This document shows, one piece after another, positions 12,503 to 24,550 of a DNA stretch of 64,000 nucleotides. The number at the start of each line of letters is the position of its first letter. Position 1 is the stretch's first letter. The notes beneath the pieces are model-generated. The model was not told the origin of the DNA. It saw nothing but the letters and a program-made list of their open reading frames with translations, and searched no databases. Made by a program: the position numbers and the translations under genes. The DNA comes from Macrostomum lignano (lineage: Eukaryota), in NCBI GenBank assembly GCA_002269645.1, contig NIVC01000568.1, positions 434,001 to 498,000 on the forward strand. Reading direction: 5' to 3'.

Positions 12503-12759
12503 TCTCCCCCCTCAGGCTGGTGCTCAGCCGAGTCGAAGTCGGTCAGGAGGTACCCTGGCTCGCTCGGGTACCGCCGGGCCGGCGAGCCCGCCGCAGGCTT
12601 CACAATGCCATCGCCAGGCCGGGCCGGCGCCAGGTTTCCGTCGAAGAGCCGTCCTGGTGCCGCTGGCAGGTCGCCGGTCTCGGCAAACGTCCTGGTCGGT
12701 CTTGGCGACTGCTGGAGCGCTGCCTCCTGCTGCCGGTGACGGTTGCTGACGAGCGATGG

Positions 12760-14900
12760 CGTCAGCAGGTCCAGCCGAGATCGGAGTCGTAGAGCAGTAG
12801 AGCAGCTGGCTGGGAGCTGCGCCTGTGGCCGAATGCAGCGTGTTGCGATAGGCGAGTAGGAGCTGCTGCAGAGCTCTCTGACAGTCCCGATTTCTTTAGG
12901 TGCTGCTTCAGCACCTTGACGAACCGTTCGGCTTGCCCGTTGGTCGCAGGATGAAACGGAGCTGAAGTCACATGCTCGATGCTGTTGAGACGCAGGAACT
13001 CGCTGAATTCGGATGACGTGAACTGAGCTCCGTTGTCAGACACCGGAGTCCGAGGTAGACCCTGGCGCGCGAAGATCTCGCGAAGGCAGTTGATGGTCGC
13101 GCCTGACGTCGTGCTGGTCAGCTGCTTTACCTCCGGCCACTTACTGTGCGCGTCGATAAGCACAGGAAGGTGCGGCCGTCGACAGGGCCAGCGAAGTCGA
13201 TGTGTAGCCGGGACCACGGCTCCGATGGGAAGGGCCACGGGTGCACAGGCGCCTTGGGCGGATCGGCCTGGTTGAGCCGGCAGGTTTCGCACGCCTTGAC
13301 GGAGTCCTCCACGTCCTTGTCCAGGCCGGGCCACCACACGTAGCTGCGAGCGAGCGCCCGCATGCGGCTGGCTTCAGGTGGGCCTGGTGCAGTTCGCTGA
13401 GGACCTTCGAGCGGAGGGCGGACGGAACGATGACTCTGGACCCCCAAAGCAGGCAGCCCTGCTCGATGTTCAGCTCGTGCTGTCGGCCAGAGAACGCTTT
13501 GAGGCCCCCTGCAGCTGGGATCGGGCGCCCGACTGCAGACACAGCAGCACTCTGCCGAGCTGCGCGTCCGTCCGCGTCCTCTGCGAAATCACCTTTGCCG
13601 TCAGGGCCGAACCGACATCTTCGTCGATGAGGAGGCAGTTCACAGCTGGCTCCTCGATGAACTGGGTGCCAGAGCGGAAGGCGAGAGAGCGAGTCGCAGT
13701 TGCCGTGCCGCGCCGTTCGTCTGAACTCCAGGCTGTAGTCGTAGCTGGAGAGCCGGATGGCCCAGCGCTGCATGCGAGCTGCGGCGTGTGCCGGATGGCC
13801 TTGCGCTCACCAAGCAGTCCAAGTAGGTGCTGGTGGTCCGTCACGATGACAAAGTGCCTCCCGTACAGGAACTGGTGGAACCGGTGCAGGCCGAACATGA
13901 TGGCGAGCGCCTCTTCGTCCAGCTGCGCATAGTTGCGCTGAGCGGGGTCAGGCTGCGACTCGCGAAGGCAATCGCCTGCCTCTGGCCGCCGATCTTGTGG
14001 CGACAGGACCACCCCCAGACCGAATCGCGAGGCGTCGCACTCCAGGTACAGTGACAAGTCTGGGTTGTAGTGGCACGAGAGCGCCCGAGGACAGCAGCAG
14101 TTGCTTGACTGCTCGAATGCTCGCTGCTGCGCGTCACCCCAGAACCACTTGTGTTCTTGGTCAGCAGCTGGTTCAGCAGCTGGCGCCACTACCGCAGACA
14201 GGTGCGGCATGAACTTCGAGTAGTGGGTCAGCATGCCGAGGAAGGCGCGCAGCTGCTAACGTCTTTGGTGCCGGCGCGTTCTGCACCGCTGCGACCTTGT
14301 CTGGCAGAGGCTTCAGGCCATGCGCGTCGATTTGATGACCGAGGTAATCGACGGAGTGTTGACTGAGGTACTCGACGGAGTCTTGAAAGAACAGGCACTT
14401 GGACCTGTTCAGTCGAAGGCCGGCTTCCTGGAGACGCTGCAGCAAGCTGGTCAGGTTCTGTCTGTGCTGCACCTGAGTCTTGCCCGTGATGAGAATGTCG
14501 TCCACGAACAGTGGACGCCGTCGTGGTCACCCAACAGCGTCTCCAGTGTGCGCTGAAAGATGGCGCTGGCTGATTTGATGCGGAAGGGCAGTCTGTTGAG
14601 CTGAAACAGACCTCGCGGCGTGTTGATGACCAATACCAATTAGGCCCGGCTCTCCTCGGACAGCGGCAGCTGTAGAAATGCGTTGGACAAGTCGAGCTTT
14701 GTCCACTTGCAGCCTCCGCCGAGCTTGGCGAAGATGTCCTCGATCTCGCCGTTCGCCTTCACTACCGGGACAATGGGAGCCGCCCAGTCTGAGTGCTTGA
14801 TGGGCGTGATGATGCCTTGGGTCTTAAGTCGTCTCAGCTCCTCGTTCACCCGCTCCCTCAGAGCGTACGGGACCGGCCTGGCCTTGAAAAACCGCGGTGT
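12760..14900 (-). pseudogene. Gypsy pol (RT, RNase H, integrase), frameshifted and internally deleted
   Basis: WAAPIVPVVK, LDLSNAFLQL, NTPRGLFQLNRLPF, VDDILITG, ECDASRFGLG, NYAQLDEEALA, HHCC region RSYVWWPGLDKDVEDSVKACETC, PWSRLHIDFAGP, SDNGAQF and ATNGQAERFV, spread over three frames. Confidence 0.9.
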
Positions 14901-15003
14901 GGCTGCTGCGTTAGGTCAGTGGTGTCAGAGCTGGTGCTGACTGAGTTGACCTGAGCCATGATTGCGTGACAGTCCAGTTTTAGTCGAGCCATCCAGTCTC
15001 GTC

Positions 15004-16110
15004 CTAGGAGAGGGAACTGCCCTGGGAGACCACGAGCAGCGGGAGGATTGCCTTCTGGCCATTGTGACTGACAGCGACTCTGGCTTCACCTAGCGGCTTG
15101 AACTGCTCGTTGGTGTATGTGCGTAACACCATCGCCGTTGGCTGTAGACGCAGTCCTGGGAGCCGCTCATCCGCCATTTTCTTTGGGATCAGCGTGACGG
15201 CTGATCCAGTGTCCAGCTCGAACGGGCAGTCGCGACCGTCCACCTCCAAAGTGACCGTCAAGGATCGGGACGATCGAGATCCGACGTAGAGGATCGAGCC
15301 CTGGCTGTCACTGTCCTGGTCCGACGCAGCTGCAGCGGAGTCCAGTTGCTTGACCCTGGCTGACCTGCAAACATTCTGGATGTGGCCTGTCTTCTCGCAG
15401 GCGTGGCACTTGGCATCGCGGAATTTGCAGCTTTGTCGATCGTGACGGCCACCGCAGCTGGCGCACGGCTGCTGCTGGTGTGGGTGCGGCGACGCTAAGC
15501 AGCGAGTCAGGAGCTGCGGCCTCTCGTGCTTACGCGTCTGTCCGCTGCCAACATCCTTGCTGATCGCTGCGGCGGTCTCCAGTGTTCTGGGCGCGATCTC
15601 GCTCGCGTAGCGCTGCGCTGCCTCCATCGATGACACCGTCGCGACCATCAGGGCGTAAGTCAGCTTTGAGATTTCCAGCAGCTTTGAGCGGATGGCATCG
15701 TTCCTGAGACCGAAGACGGCCTGGTCTCGCAGTCTCTCCTCCAGCGCCGTGCCGAAGTTGCAGTGCAGAGTGGCTGCCTTCAGCCCTGCCAGGAAGGTGG
15801 CGAAGTCCTCTCCCGGCAATTGCATTCTCTGCTGGAACTTGAAGCATGCGGCGATCTCGGATGGCGCGGGAGCGTAATGGTCTTGCAGAATTTTCTTTAG
15901 GCCGTCGTATGACCTTTCTGAAACCTTGTCCGGCTGACATAGGTTGCGAAGCACCGTGTAGGCGGTTTCTCCTATGGCAGTGCAAAGTGTGGCCACTTTG
16001 GTGGGCTCCTCAGTGACTTTAGCGCATACGAAGTATTGTTCGAGTCTCTCAATGTAAACTTCGAAGTCGGAGTCCCTTGATAACTCCGGAATGCGGCTAA
16101 AGGCTGAGCT
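15004..16110 (-). pseudogene. Gypsy gag and aspartic protease
   Basis: YIERLEQYF, LRDQAVFGL, CCHC knuckle CHACEKTGHIQNVC and protease FELDTGSAVTLI. Confidence 0.88.
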
Positions 16111-16340
16111 CGTCGCCAGGACAAGTACGTTCTGTTAAAGTGCTTCAAAATGAACTTTGTCACATAGCATCCTTGTCTACATTGTCTAGCAGCCTTGACT
16201 TTGTCACATTGGGGCTTGTGCACGAAAAGTTAGCCAACGGTTGTGAGATTCACAATCATGAGGGCATGCCTGACGATTGGAAAGTCAGTGCCGCTGTACA
16301 CCCTGTGTGAGCGAGTGTATGAGTGCGTGCCTGCGGTACA

Positions 16341-16825
16341 ACAACAACAACAACAAAGTACTTTACCTGCCAGCCATGCAGTGGCCAGAAAGGGGGAGAA
16401 GTCAGCGAGTGCGTCTCTGGGCCATAGCCCTCAGAAAGTCACACCCCCAGCTTGGTCCGGGGCGCCAGCATCCGTCGAAAGCCTGTCAGGACATCTCGCC
16501 GTTCGCCCTTGGCCTCGCCTACGCGGTCCCTGCAGCTTGAGCAGCAGCACCTCGTGCAGCGGCTCAAGGCGGCGAGCCTCCGACCTGATTACGTGGCTAG
16601 CCAGTCGAAGTCGCCGCCCGAGCAGCAGGTCAGAAGGCCGCTTCAGGCGTGCCCTCGTGTAGAGCGCGGCGTTGGTCTCGCTGCCTGGACCGTTGCGCAC
16701 TCCTAACGCCGCACGCAGCATGGCCGCATACGCAGCGTCCAGCTGCCTCTCCAAAGCGTCCGTCAAGGTCCAGGTCTCGGCGTTGTACAACGAGACAGTC
16801 TCAACGACTGCTTGAAACAGCCCGA
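16341..16825 (-). mobile_element. 5'-truncated RTE-clade LINE (3' ~490 bp)
   Basis: TSD CTGCGGTACA at 16331-16340 and 16826-16835, (TTG)n tail, and peptide LFQAVVETVSLYNAETWTLT...RRLRLASHVIR...RRRGQGR typical of RTE ORF ends. Confidence 0.85.
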
Positions 16826-17556
16826 CTGCGGTACAGTATTGGCGCATTTTCATGTGCTTAGGAGTCAGCGGAATGGGCAGAGTTGCCGTCAGCGCTAGTT
16901 GTGGAACGATGTCATGCAATATCAATTTCAACCCCATAGTGGGGTCTCGTCTCCCGGAATCGGTATACGGTATTATTCTTGACATTCGACTGACCGCATG
17001 TGTGCAAAATATCTAGCCTAATTACTACTTCAAATGTCGTTACCACATGCAGTGCAGTTTGCAAATGTGATTTATGTTAATAGTATGTTTTAAAACCGTC
17101 GCACGAAAGCAGCCATGAGCAAGTTGGTTTAACCATGCGTGACTACGTGACTCGTATTGCATGGCTGGCTATTTCTGTTCTGCTGAGCTAGACAAAATTA
17201 CATTGTCTAAGCATGGAATAACTCAAGATATATTTAACATAAAAAATAAAAACTTCTTAGCCAGCAGAGATAGGCAGGATTATAATTTTCTACAAATCCT
17301 CAGGTTTAATCACTTTCAATGATAGCTGAGATGGTATTTGATAGCAGTAATGCTGGTGCCTATTGTCTAAATATACCACTTATTTACATCGTGCACAAGG
17401 AAAGGCACTCCGAGTGGAAGTAAAGAACGATGGATAAAATCACAAGTCGGCGTGACAGAGCCCAGATTTTAGCGAATAGAATTAAGAATGCGATTATATC
17501 CTGTTGCCGATTCAGTATGCCGAGGGACCGCGGGATCAGCTCGTGCTTCAACTGGG

Positions 17557-18147
17557 CTATGCAACCGTTGGTCCGTCGTCAAAGACGCTGCCGAACTCGC
17601 CGCCGACGCCACCGGCAGCGCCGCCGCGCCAACTGGACGTCTGGCCGGGTCGGCAGCAGCAGCAGCAGCATCTGCACCAGCTGAGACACCAGTGACAGCA
17701 CCTGGCAACTATTGAAAACTCTGCGCGTCGTTTTGCTAGAGCACAGAATGCGGCCCCCACTAGCATTATGGCGCAGCTGCCGGTGAGACTAGCAAAGCCG
17801 CTAGCCATCAGGCTGCTCGCGCTAGTACCGTCTGGTCCGAGGCCGGTGCGCACAGACAGAAGAAGCGAGGCCAGAATGAAGACGCTTAGGCCAAGCACGA
17901 ATAACAGGACCGAGCCCAGCTGCCAGAGTCGCTGCTGGCATGGCACCACGACCTGATTGGTGCCCTGGCTCTGACTCTGGCGCTGCTGCTGAGTCTGCTG
18001 CTGTTGCTGCTGCTGCTGCTGCTCACGTTGATCTTCGGCTTTGGTGGGGGCGTCATTGATGGAAACTGAGCACTTGCTAATCATTTGAGGCCGAATTGGA
18101 TTAACTCGATTTTTATAGTTAGTAAATTTCTGACTGAACTTCTGCAA
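17557..18147 (-). CDS. Putative exon of an unknown membrane protein (poly-Q tract, two hydrophobic helices, Cys-rich segment)
   Basis: 196-aa open frame preceded by a TTGCAG acceptor. Hydrophobic segments LGSVLLFVLGLSVFILASLLLSV and ASGFASLTGSCAIMLVGAAFCALA. No family recognised. Confidence 0.55.
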   Translation of the reverse strand: MQKFSQKFTNYKNRVNPIRPQMISKCSVSINDAPTKAEDQREQQQQQQQQQTQQQRQSQSQGTNQVVVPCQQRLWQLGSVLLFVLGLSVFILASLLLSVRTGLGPDGTSASSLMASGFASLTGSCAIMLVGAAFCALAKRRAEFSIVARCCHWCLSWCRCCCCCCRPGQTSSWRGGAAGGVGGEFGSVFDDGPTVA

Positions 18148-18584
18148 AGACAGCTATAATTACTTGTAGTTCACGCGTTTTGGATCACCACGTTTCTTTT
18201 GCAGCCTCTACTCACGGCACTGGCAGCTTCCAGAAGCCCATTGCTCTGGCCAGCTCTGTATTAGGATGCAGCTAAGCTGAGACAAGCCTTCGCTGTTTTT
18301 GTCTGATATTGCCTTCTTCCAGCCTTCTTACGGGTCTATCCCCCGATTCTGATTGGCTGATCAGCCGATGTCTGCGTATGGCTGCATTTTTCTACAATAA
18401 GAGCCTAAAGACAAAAAATTCAAAGGCTCTTATAGAAAAATTTCAGCTGAAAAACTGAGCTGACCAAACAGAGTAAGAAATCAACCAACAAAACATGAAA
18501 TCTTTTCACCGATTTGAATGCATCTCGTCAGAAAAAGATGAGGATTTCATTTTGTTTCCGTTTCTTTTTTCTCCTCTCCTCTCT

Positions 18585-18609
18585 CATCTCCCTCTCTCTC
18601 CTCTCTCCC

Positions 18610-18647
<38 letters not shown>

Positions 18648-18695
18648 TCTCTTCCTCTCTTCCTCTCACCTCTCCTCTCTTCTCTCTTCTTATCT
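18585..18695. repeat. CT-rich microsatellite
   Basis: (CT)n and CCTCT runs. Confidence 0.9.
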
Positions 18696-19331
18696 CACCT
18701 GGCCCGCAGTCATGCGCTATCTGACTATTAAGTTAAAAAAAGTTTGCCAACCCCTGTTTTAGAGCGAGGTAACTGCATAATTAAATTAAGGTCCAACTGA
18801 ATTTAAAACCAACTTTATAATGTTGGAATGCACGCGATTTAAAGGTTGGAATTTAAGCTTCGTTAGTCCCATTGGTTATGTTTACTCTTTATTTCTAAGA
18901 GGGTTCGTACAGGCGCCGTAAATCTGTCGGGGTGTGGAACGGCAAAATTGAAATGGCATGCTTTCCACAGTGAACTGGTTCGCAACGGAAATTCAAGGTG
19001 CTGCTGCACGTTTGCACATTTACAATCGTGCGCATTTCCAAGAAAATTTCTAGGAATCTGCGACGCCTGAACTTCGATAGCCATAGGCTAAGATCTTTAT
19101 CGGCAGATTTCACTATCTGCCTGGCTAACTAGTTGGCAACATACCTGATAAGTTCAAGCATATAGTTTCATGCAGTTTATAAGCTTGATCGCACCGAGGC
19201 TTCGGGCCGAGAGCAATCTCAAGAACTTATAAAGAAAGAAAGATTCGCCCAAATACCAAATTTCAGCTTAAAAGAAAACTATTAAATTTTATCATTTCTT
19301 TAACTGACAACGGAAGCAGTGAAAGAAAAGC

Positions 19332-20668
19332 ATGGCATCCTATCTGTGCTCATCTGCTCCCGTGCTGCTGCTGATTATATTCATAGGCAGCACTGCGGCT
19401 GCTTCAACTGGGCGGAAGATTTCCTGGCGCCAAGCCAAAGGCCGGGTCAATTGCACAACTGATCGTGAGTCTTACTGTATAGCTAGGTGCTCTATCGAAA
19501 TGCTATATACTAAAATAGAAAATTTTTTAATTGGGTCCTTTAAAGAACCTGGACAAAGCAGAAGCACAGAATTTCATGAAACCAAAAGCTTCCACTATAA
19601 AAATATCGCCTGTTAACTTCGGTGAAATTATGACATAAACGTTTCCATCTATTCTATTAGAGATGAGTGAATATGAATTTATTCAGTATTCATACATATT
19701 CACTCAACATTCCACAACGTAAAAGTCAAGACACCTAAAACACAAGCTATATTTAAAATCACTACATGCAGCTAACTATAAAAGGGACGCCAACTAAAGC
19801 GCCGGAACCGAAGTAAAGCTCTGGACTGAACCAAGCCGACCCAAATCTATTACTTCTCTGACCAGTCAACTAAAAACACTGAGAAACTACACCCCATCCG
19901 GGTGCTCTCTTTGTGCTTCCAAGTATTTACTCAGGAAGCTACTTAAGTTCTAAGTATAGACTCGTTCACACCGCCATCAAAATAAAGTCAATTTTAGCGC
20001 GATCACACGGATAATTCACACTTTTCGACGCTTTGTAGCTCGGGCATCACTGATTTAGTGATTTGTTCGATGTTGTGAATTAGTTTCACCAAACAATAAC
20101 CTTGTCCAACCAAGCATATTGACTCATTGGAACTCTACTCATTGACAGAATGAACTCAGTAAAAACAAAATCATTATCTTATCGCCTCAAAAATTCAGCC
20201 AAGTATCTGTGCGGCCGAGTCAAATCGGTGCACGACGGCGACTCGTTGCGCATCATCCCGGAGACGAACGACGACGGCGACAGGGCGTCGGTTCGTGTCC
20301 GCCTGATGCAGATCGACGCGCCGGAGTTGAGCCAAGCTCACGGACGAGATTCTCGCAAAGCACTGGCCAGCAGGCTGCCGCGCGGTACCCGAGTCTGCGT
20401 GATCTCACCTGGTCGGGATTCCTATCATCGAATACTTGGATTTGTCTGTCTAGCTAAAGACGACATCGCCTACCGGATGCTGGCCGAAGGACACGCCTGG
20501 TGCTACCACAACACCTGCAACTTGCGGTACAAAGCAGCCACCAGCGCTGCCAGGGTCGCAGGGCTCGGTCTGTGGACGCCCGGACAGACGCCAATGGCTC
20601 CGTGGGCTTATCGTCGGTTTCAGCGGAGACGCGCCAGAAAGCACCGACAGCAAGGAAAGAAAGAATGA
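19332..20668 (+). CDS. Secreted single-domain staphylococcal nuclease (thermonuclease/SNase family), 200 aa; exons 19332-19464 and 20199-20668
   Basis: Exon 1 encodes a signal peptide (MASYLCSSAPVLLLIIFIGSTAAA) and ends at a C|GTGAGT donor. The TTCAG|CC acceptor restores frame (phase 1; 133+470=603 nt). SNase motifs VHDGDSL, VRLMQIDAPE, RDSYHRILG, MLAEGHAW, ARVAGLGLW and PWAYRR. Confidence 0.88.
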
Positions 20669-20738
20669 GGGGCAAGAGCTGGAATGCAACTGTAGCTTTT
20701 GGGATGATGCCTTTGATTTACAGCTTCAATAATACAAC

Positions 20739-20744
20739 AATAAA
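20739..20744 (+). promoter_or_regulatory. Polyadenylation signal of the SNase gene
   Basis: AATAAA about 70 nt after the stop codon. Confidence 0.5.
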
Positions 20745-21224
20745 AACAATAAGGTGATAAGAGCAATCGTGTGTCCTAATGAATTTCCATTTACCAACAC
20801 GTAATATGATATATGATTATTACACACCAAATCATGTTACGCTGAAGCAGTGTCTGACACTATTTTTTCGTGCATCGTAGTGAGTCCAGTGTCCAGCAGT
20901 AAACAAACCAGCTCAATACGCTAAAAATAAAGAACTTCTAAAATTTAAAGCGCCCTATAATGTGTCTGTCTACTAAATAATGAGTTACTAAGTAGTATGT
21001 TACGCTAATGTAGACAGATAAATTACGATCGAATTTCCGTTTTTCAACGCAATAGCATTCAAATAGCCTGACTTATTAATGATAGTATCAAACGATACTT
21101 TCTCCTTTTTTCGTTATTTTGAAAAGAACGATAGGGTACTCGACGGTACGCTCGTATGAGTAAATTAAAAGGGCAGTGGCAGTACTACTAGCGTAGGGAA
21201 TATGGATCGTTTCTTCTATCATTA

Positions 21225-21530
21225 CCTCTCTCTCTCTCAAGGTGCCATACATGTATCGACGGAGGACGTTGGCGATGGCGACCACAGTCTTCCACAAAGC
21301 ACGGTCCATTGAGGCGTGGAGTATTTCCAGTCTTGTTCATGTCATCCATTGAGACAGGTTCTTCAGAAATATTTTTCGTTGCCCTGCCTCCCATGGTCTC
21401 TTTTTCCTTCAATCTGCCCAGTCACTGACAGGCGTGACAGCTGCTCGATTCCTGTACCTTCTTCATAATAAGGCCAAAGGACTCCAACCTGCCGTCTCCT
21501 AATTTTCGCCATCAACTTCCTTCTGCAATC
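21225..21530 (-). mobile_element. Decayed RTE-like LINE 3' end
   Basis: Broken frames give LMAKIRRRQVGVL...LSVTGQIEGKRDHGRQ and MDRALWKTVVAIANVLRRYMYGT*, followed by a (GA)n-like tail. Confidence 0.65.
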
Positions 21531-21534
21531 AACA

Positions 21535-21646
21535 GGGGGAAAACCTCCAGAGGGAAAACTCGCTGCGGGAGAATATCGCTGCGGGAAAAGCACGCGAGGG
21601 CGAACCTCGGCGGGAAAACTTCCTGCGGGAAATTCTCATAGACCCA
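21535..21646. mobile_element. Solo arm of the foldback family seen at 52752-53288
   Basis: Tandem GCGGGAAAA-like modules ending GGGAAATTCTCATAGACCCA, close to the reverse complement of the 52752 terminus (GGGCAATTCTCATGGACCCC). Confidence 0.6.
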
Positions 21647-22599
21647 CTGTATGCATCAGCCCCAGCCTCTAGCTCTTGCCCCAATTAGCTGATAGATGAC
21701 GGCTGGGGGTGCATTATACGAGTATAATAATTGGAATAATTAAAGACAGCGTAGCATTTATATTTTTCTGGTTTAAGATAGCGCCTGTATGCAACCCACT
21801 TCTTGCTATGGCCTGTTTCCAAATTACTTTTTTTCTATTCTGTACAATCTCTCAAGGCTTGGCTGATTACTCTAGTGGATAGGCCACCGCAACCACCATG
21901 GCATATAGCATACAGTGCAAATAGATCAGTGCTCAGTGCTGCTCAAAATTATCTGCTCCAACTCGTTTATACGTTTCTATTATACTCGAATTTAATTACT
22001 CTACGCTCGTATATAGGTGTCCTTAGAGTGACCCTTTGCTCTATGCATGCTCACAGAGTTAGGAGAGAAGGTGGTAGAGAACTCCGAGCTCTCGAGGCTT
22101 TTTGGATGCTTTTCTATAATGACCCTATAAGAGCTTATTACAATCTTGAGTTGCTGTCTCTGGCCTCCGCTCATTCACCCGTCTGTCAATCTTTCTGACA
22201 ATATCTGCAAAACCTTTCATACTATAGCTCTATATTGAATATGCATTAAGCTGTGAAATCTCGCTCCAGCGCTTTTGAAAGGTGATGCAGCTGAGTTAAA
22301 TACTCTGGCAAAAGCTGGATTTTCATCTTTGGAATCCGTTCTTTTTCGTCAATGCACATTTGTTAATCGTTTCTTTTGATTTGTTTTGACATTTGCTGCT
22401 TTTTTGATCCAGAATTGAATTATTCATTCCCGGATTTTGAAGAACAATTGCTACACATAGCTGCTGATGAAGTGAGGTACTGGAAAAATAAGACAGGGAT
22501 ACAGGGGAATTCAGGCGGAGGTGCAGGCGGGGGAAATGAGACGGAAACAGACAGGGTGTTAGAGAGAGGGTACTTGTTTTGAGGGGAGTTCTGATGTGA

Positions 22600-23725
22600 G
22601 TTGTGATCCCGGGATTCTCGGGATCAGGATATCCCGGACTTTGCCAATCCAGGGATCCCGACGAATTGGGCCTACCGCTGAGCTGAGCTACCGGCACTTG
22701 TCAGGTGAAAATCGTAATCGTGCTTTGATTTATTAATCTTTTAATCATGCAGGCTAGTGAGAAGGCTATAGGGCTGCAGGGATATAAAACTGAAGCTGTT
22801 GGCAGATCGTAAGATTTCAGGTGTAATAATGTACGTGCAACTATATGCATAAGTACTCGCAGACTAATGTAATTATTATTCCAAAACCTGTACACAGAGC
22901 CTAAAGCAATAGAAGCCAATTATGCTGGTGAACGCAGCATTCAGCAAGGCGATTCCTCATTGTTTCCGATCACAGCGCTGGCGCTTGCCAGACGGGAGTC
23001 AAATAATTTTTCATTTGAACTCTCCCACTATCTCAAACCCAGCTAAAATCAGGGCCCAGGGGGTCTCGACTCTCGACCTTGCGCAGATCAGAAGCCCCTC
23101 TCTATGCGAAAGACATTCTCAGCACTGTCAGGATACCCAATTTAGATGCCCAGCACATAGGAAGTGGTGGCAGAACTACATGTACTTAAAGCAGTCCCTA
23201 CTTTCAAAACTCCTTGGCCGTAGTTGGGATTAGAATAGTGCGACCTTGCTATCGGACCACTCACCCACAACCCAAGCTACATATATACCAATTCTCCATC
23301 TATAGGGCGGGTGCCCCTGGGAGGGTGAGGTCTAATCCCCTTCTAACCAGGTATCCAGCAGTACCTCAGGCCATACGTGTATAGCTCTGTAAGCTATCAT
23401 TCCCCAGGTTGCATCACAGGCATGAAGTGTGATTTTCATGAGCTGAATGTAAAAATGCGCGTCTATTGCGCCAGCCCGTACATCACACTCCAATTCAGAG
23501 CTCACTGTCAGTTTCTTCTTTGCAAAATATTTTATTCTGTTCTACTTTGTTATTGAAAGCCCCTTAAACGATGGCTTCGCCTTCGACAGCCAAAATTGCA
23601 CCAACAAAGATTAGAAAATTTTCAACTCCGGGATCCAGGGGTCCCGGCCTAATTGGTCGGGATCCCGGGATTGGCAAAGTCCGGGATATCCTGATCCCGA
23701 GAATCCCGGGATTGGCAAAACTCTC
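22600..23725. repeat. Inverted-repeat pair of ~70-bp GGGATCCCG-rich arms, probably an old MITE
   Basis: 22610-22670 is a near reverse complement of 23648-23710. No clear TSD. Confidence 0.6.
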
Positions 23726-23743
23726 CTACATATTACTATCAAG

Positions 23744-24550
23744 TAGGGATGTCGATTCCCCGGGGAATTTTCTTATCGGGGACCCCGGGGAATTTACTGT
23801 CGTTCCCCGGGGACTCCGAGGAAAAGAAAAAATAAGTAAAATACGGCGGATAACTTTTAAGTGGAATTTTTTAACTTTGATTTAAGCTTTGGACTACGTG
23901 TTCAAGGCGCAAGGGTAAAAACTCTAAAAAAATGTTTATTTAAAACTGCATTTGACAACGTGGCATCACCAAATCGTGCGCGCACCTTTGTCAGAAAGAG
24001 TCCAGACTCCGGAGGCGGAAAATGCATGCTCAGCAGCTGTGCTCGTGGGAGGATAATTAATGAATGAGACTGCTGTTATAATCGGAATTTTTATTTCTGC
24101 GATAAATCACCATTTTGTCCTTGTCTAATAGGGAGTATTTTTTTATTGTATGACACCCCCTATGCGTCAGTGACTGACGCAGGACGCAGCGCTGTGCCTG
24201 CGTCAAATGCGTCAGGCCGTCAACGCAGACCAACACAGTAGTCAGTAAGGCTTCTTTTTCCTGACGGGTTTCTACGTGCAATTTGCTTGATTGAAAGACT
24301 AATAGTGAAAAAAACATTTAAACGTGTGTTGTGTTTGAAATAATACATTTAAATAAGCAGCTTTGCGGTAAAAAAAAGCATAGACAGAGTTTCAATCAGC
24401 TTTCAGTGAATCATTTTCTTATTTTAATGGCAAAAAATAAGTTAAAAATGCTTTTTTTCTTCCCGGGGTCCCCGGTCCAACTCCCCGGGGAGTATTCCCC
24501 AACAAGCTCCCCTGGGCCCCGGGGAGCACTCCCCGGGGTCGACATCCCTA
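23744..24550. mobile_element. Non-autonomous hAT-type element (807 bp)
   Basis: TIRs TAGGGATGTCGA / TCGACATCCCTA, 8-bp TSD CTATCAAG at 23736-23743 and 24551-24558, and subterminal CCCCGGGG motifs. Confidence 0.9.

Larger units (their letters stand above)
11761..16123 (-). mobile_element. Degenerate Ty3/Gypsy LTR retrotransposon (gag-pro-RT-RH-IN) with collapsed 5' LTR
   Basis: 5-bp TSD AGTAC at 11756-11760 and 16124-16128. PBS-like TGGCGACGAG at ~16109-16118 (minus). PPT GAGGGGGGAGA immediately precedes the LTR-start TGT at 12502. Gag, protease, RT, RNase H and integrase motifs are present in broken frames. Confidence 0.92.
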
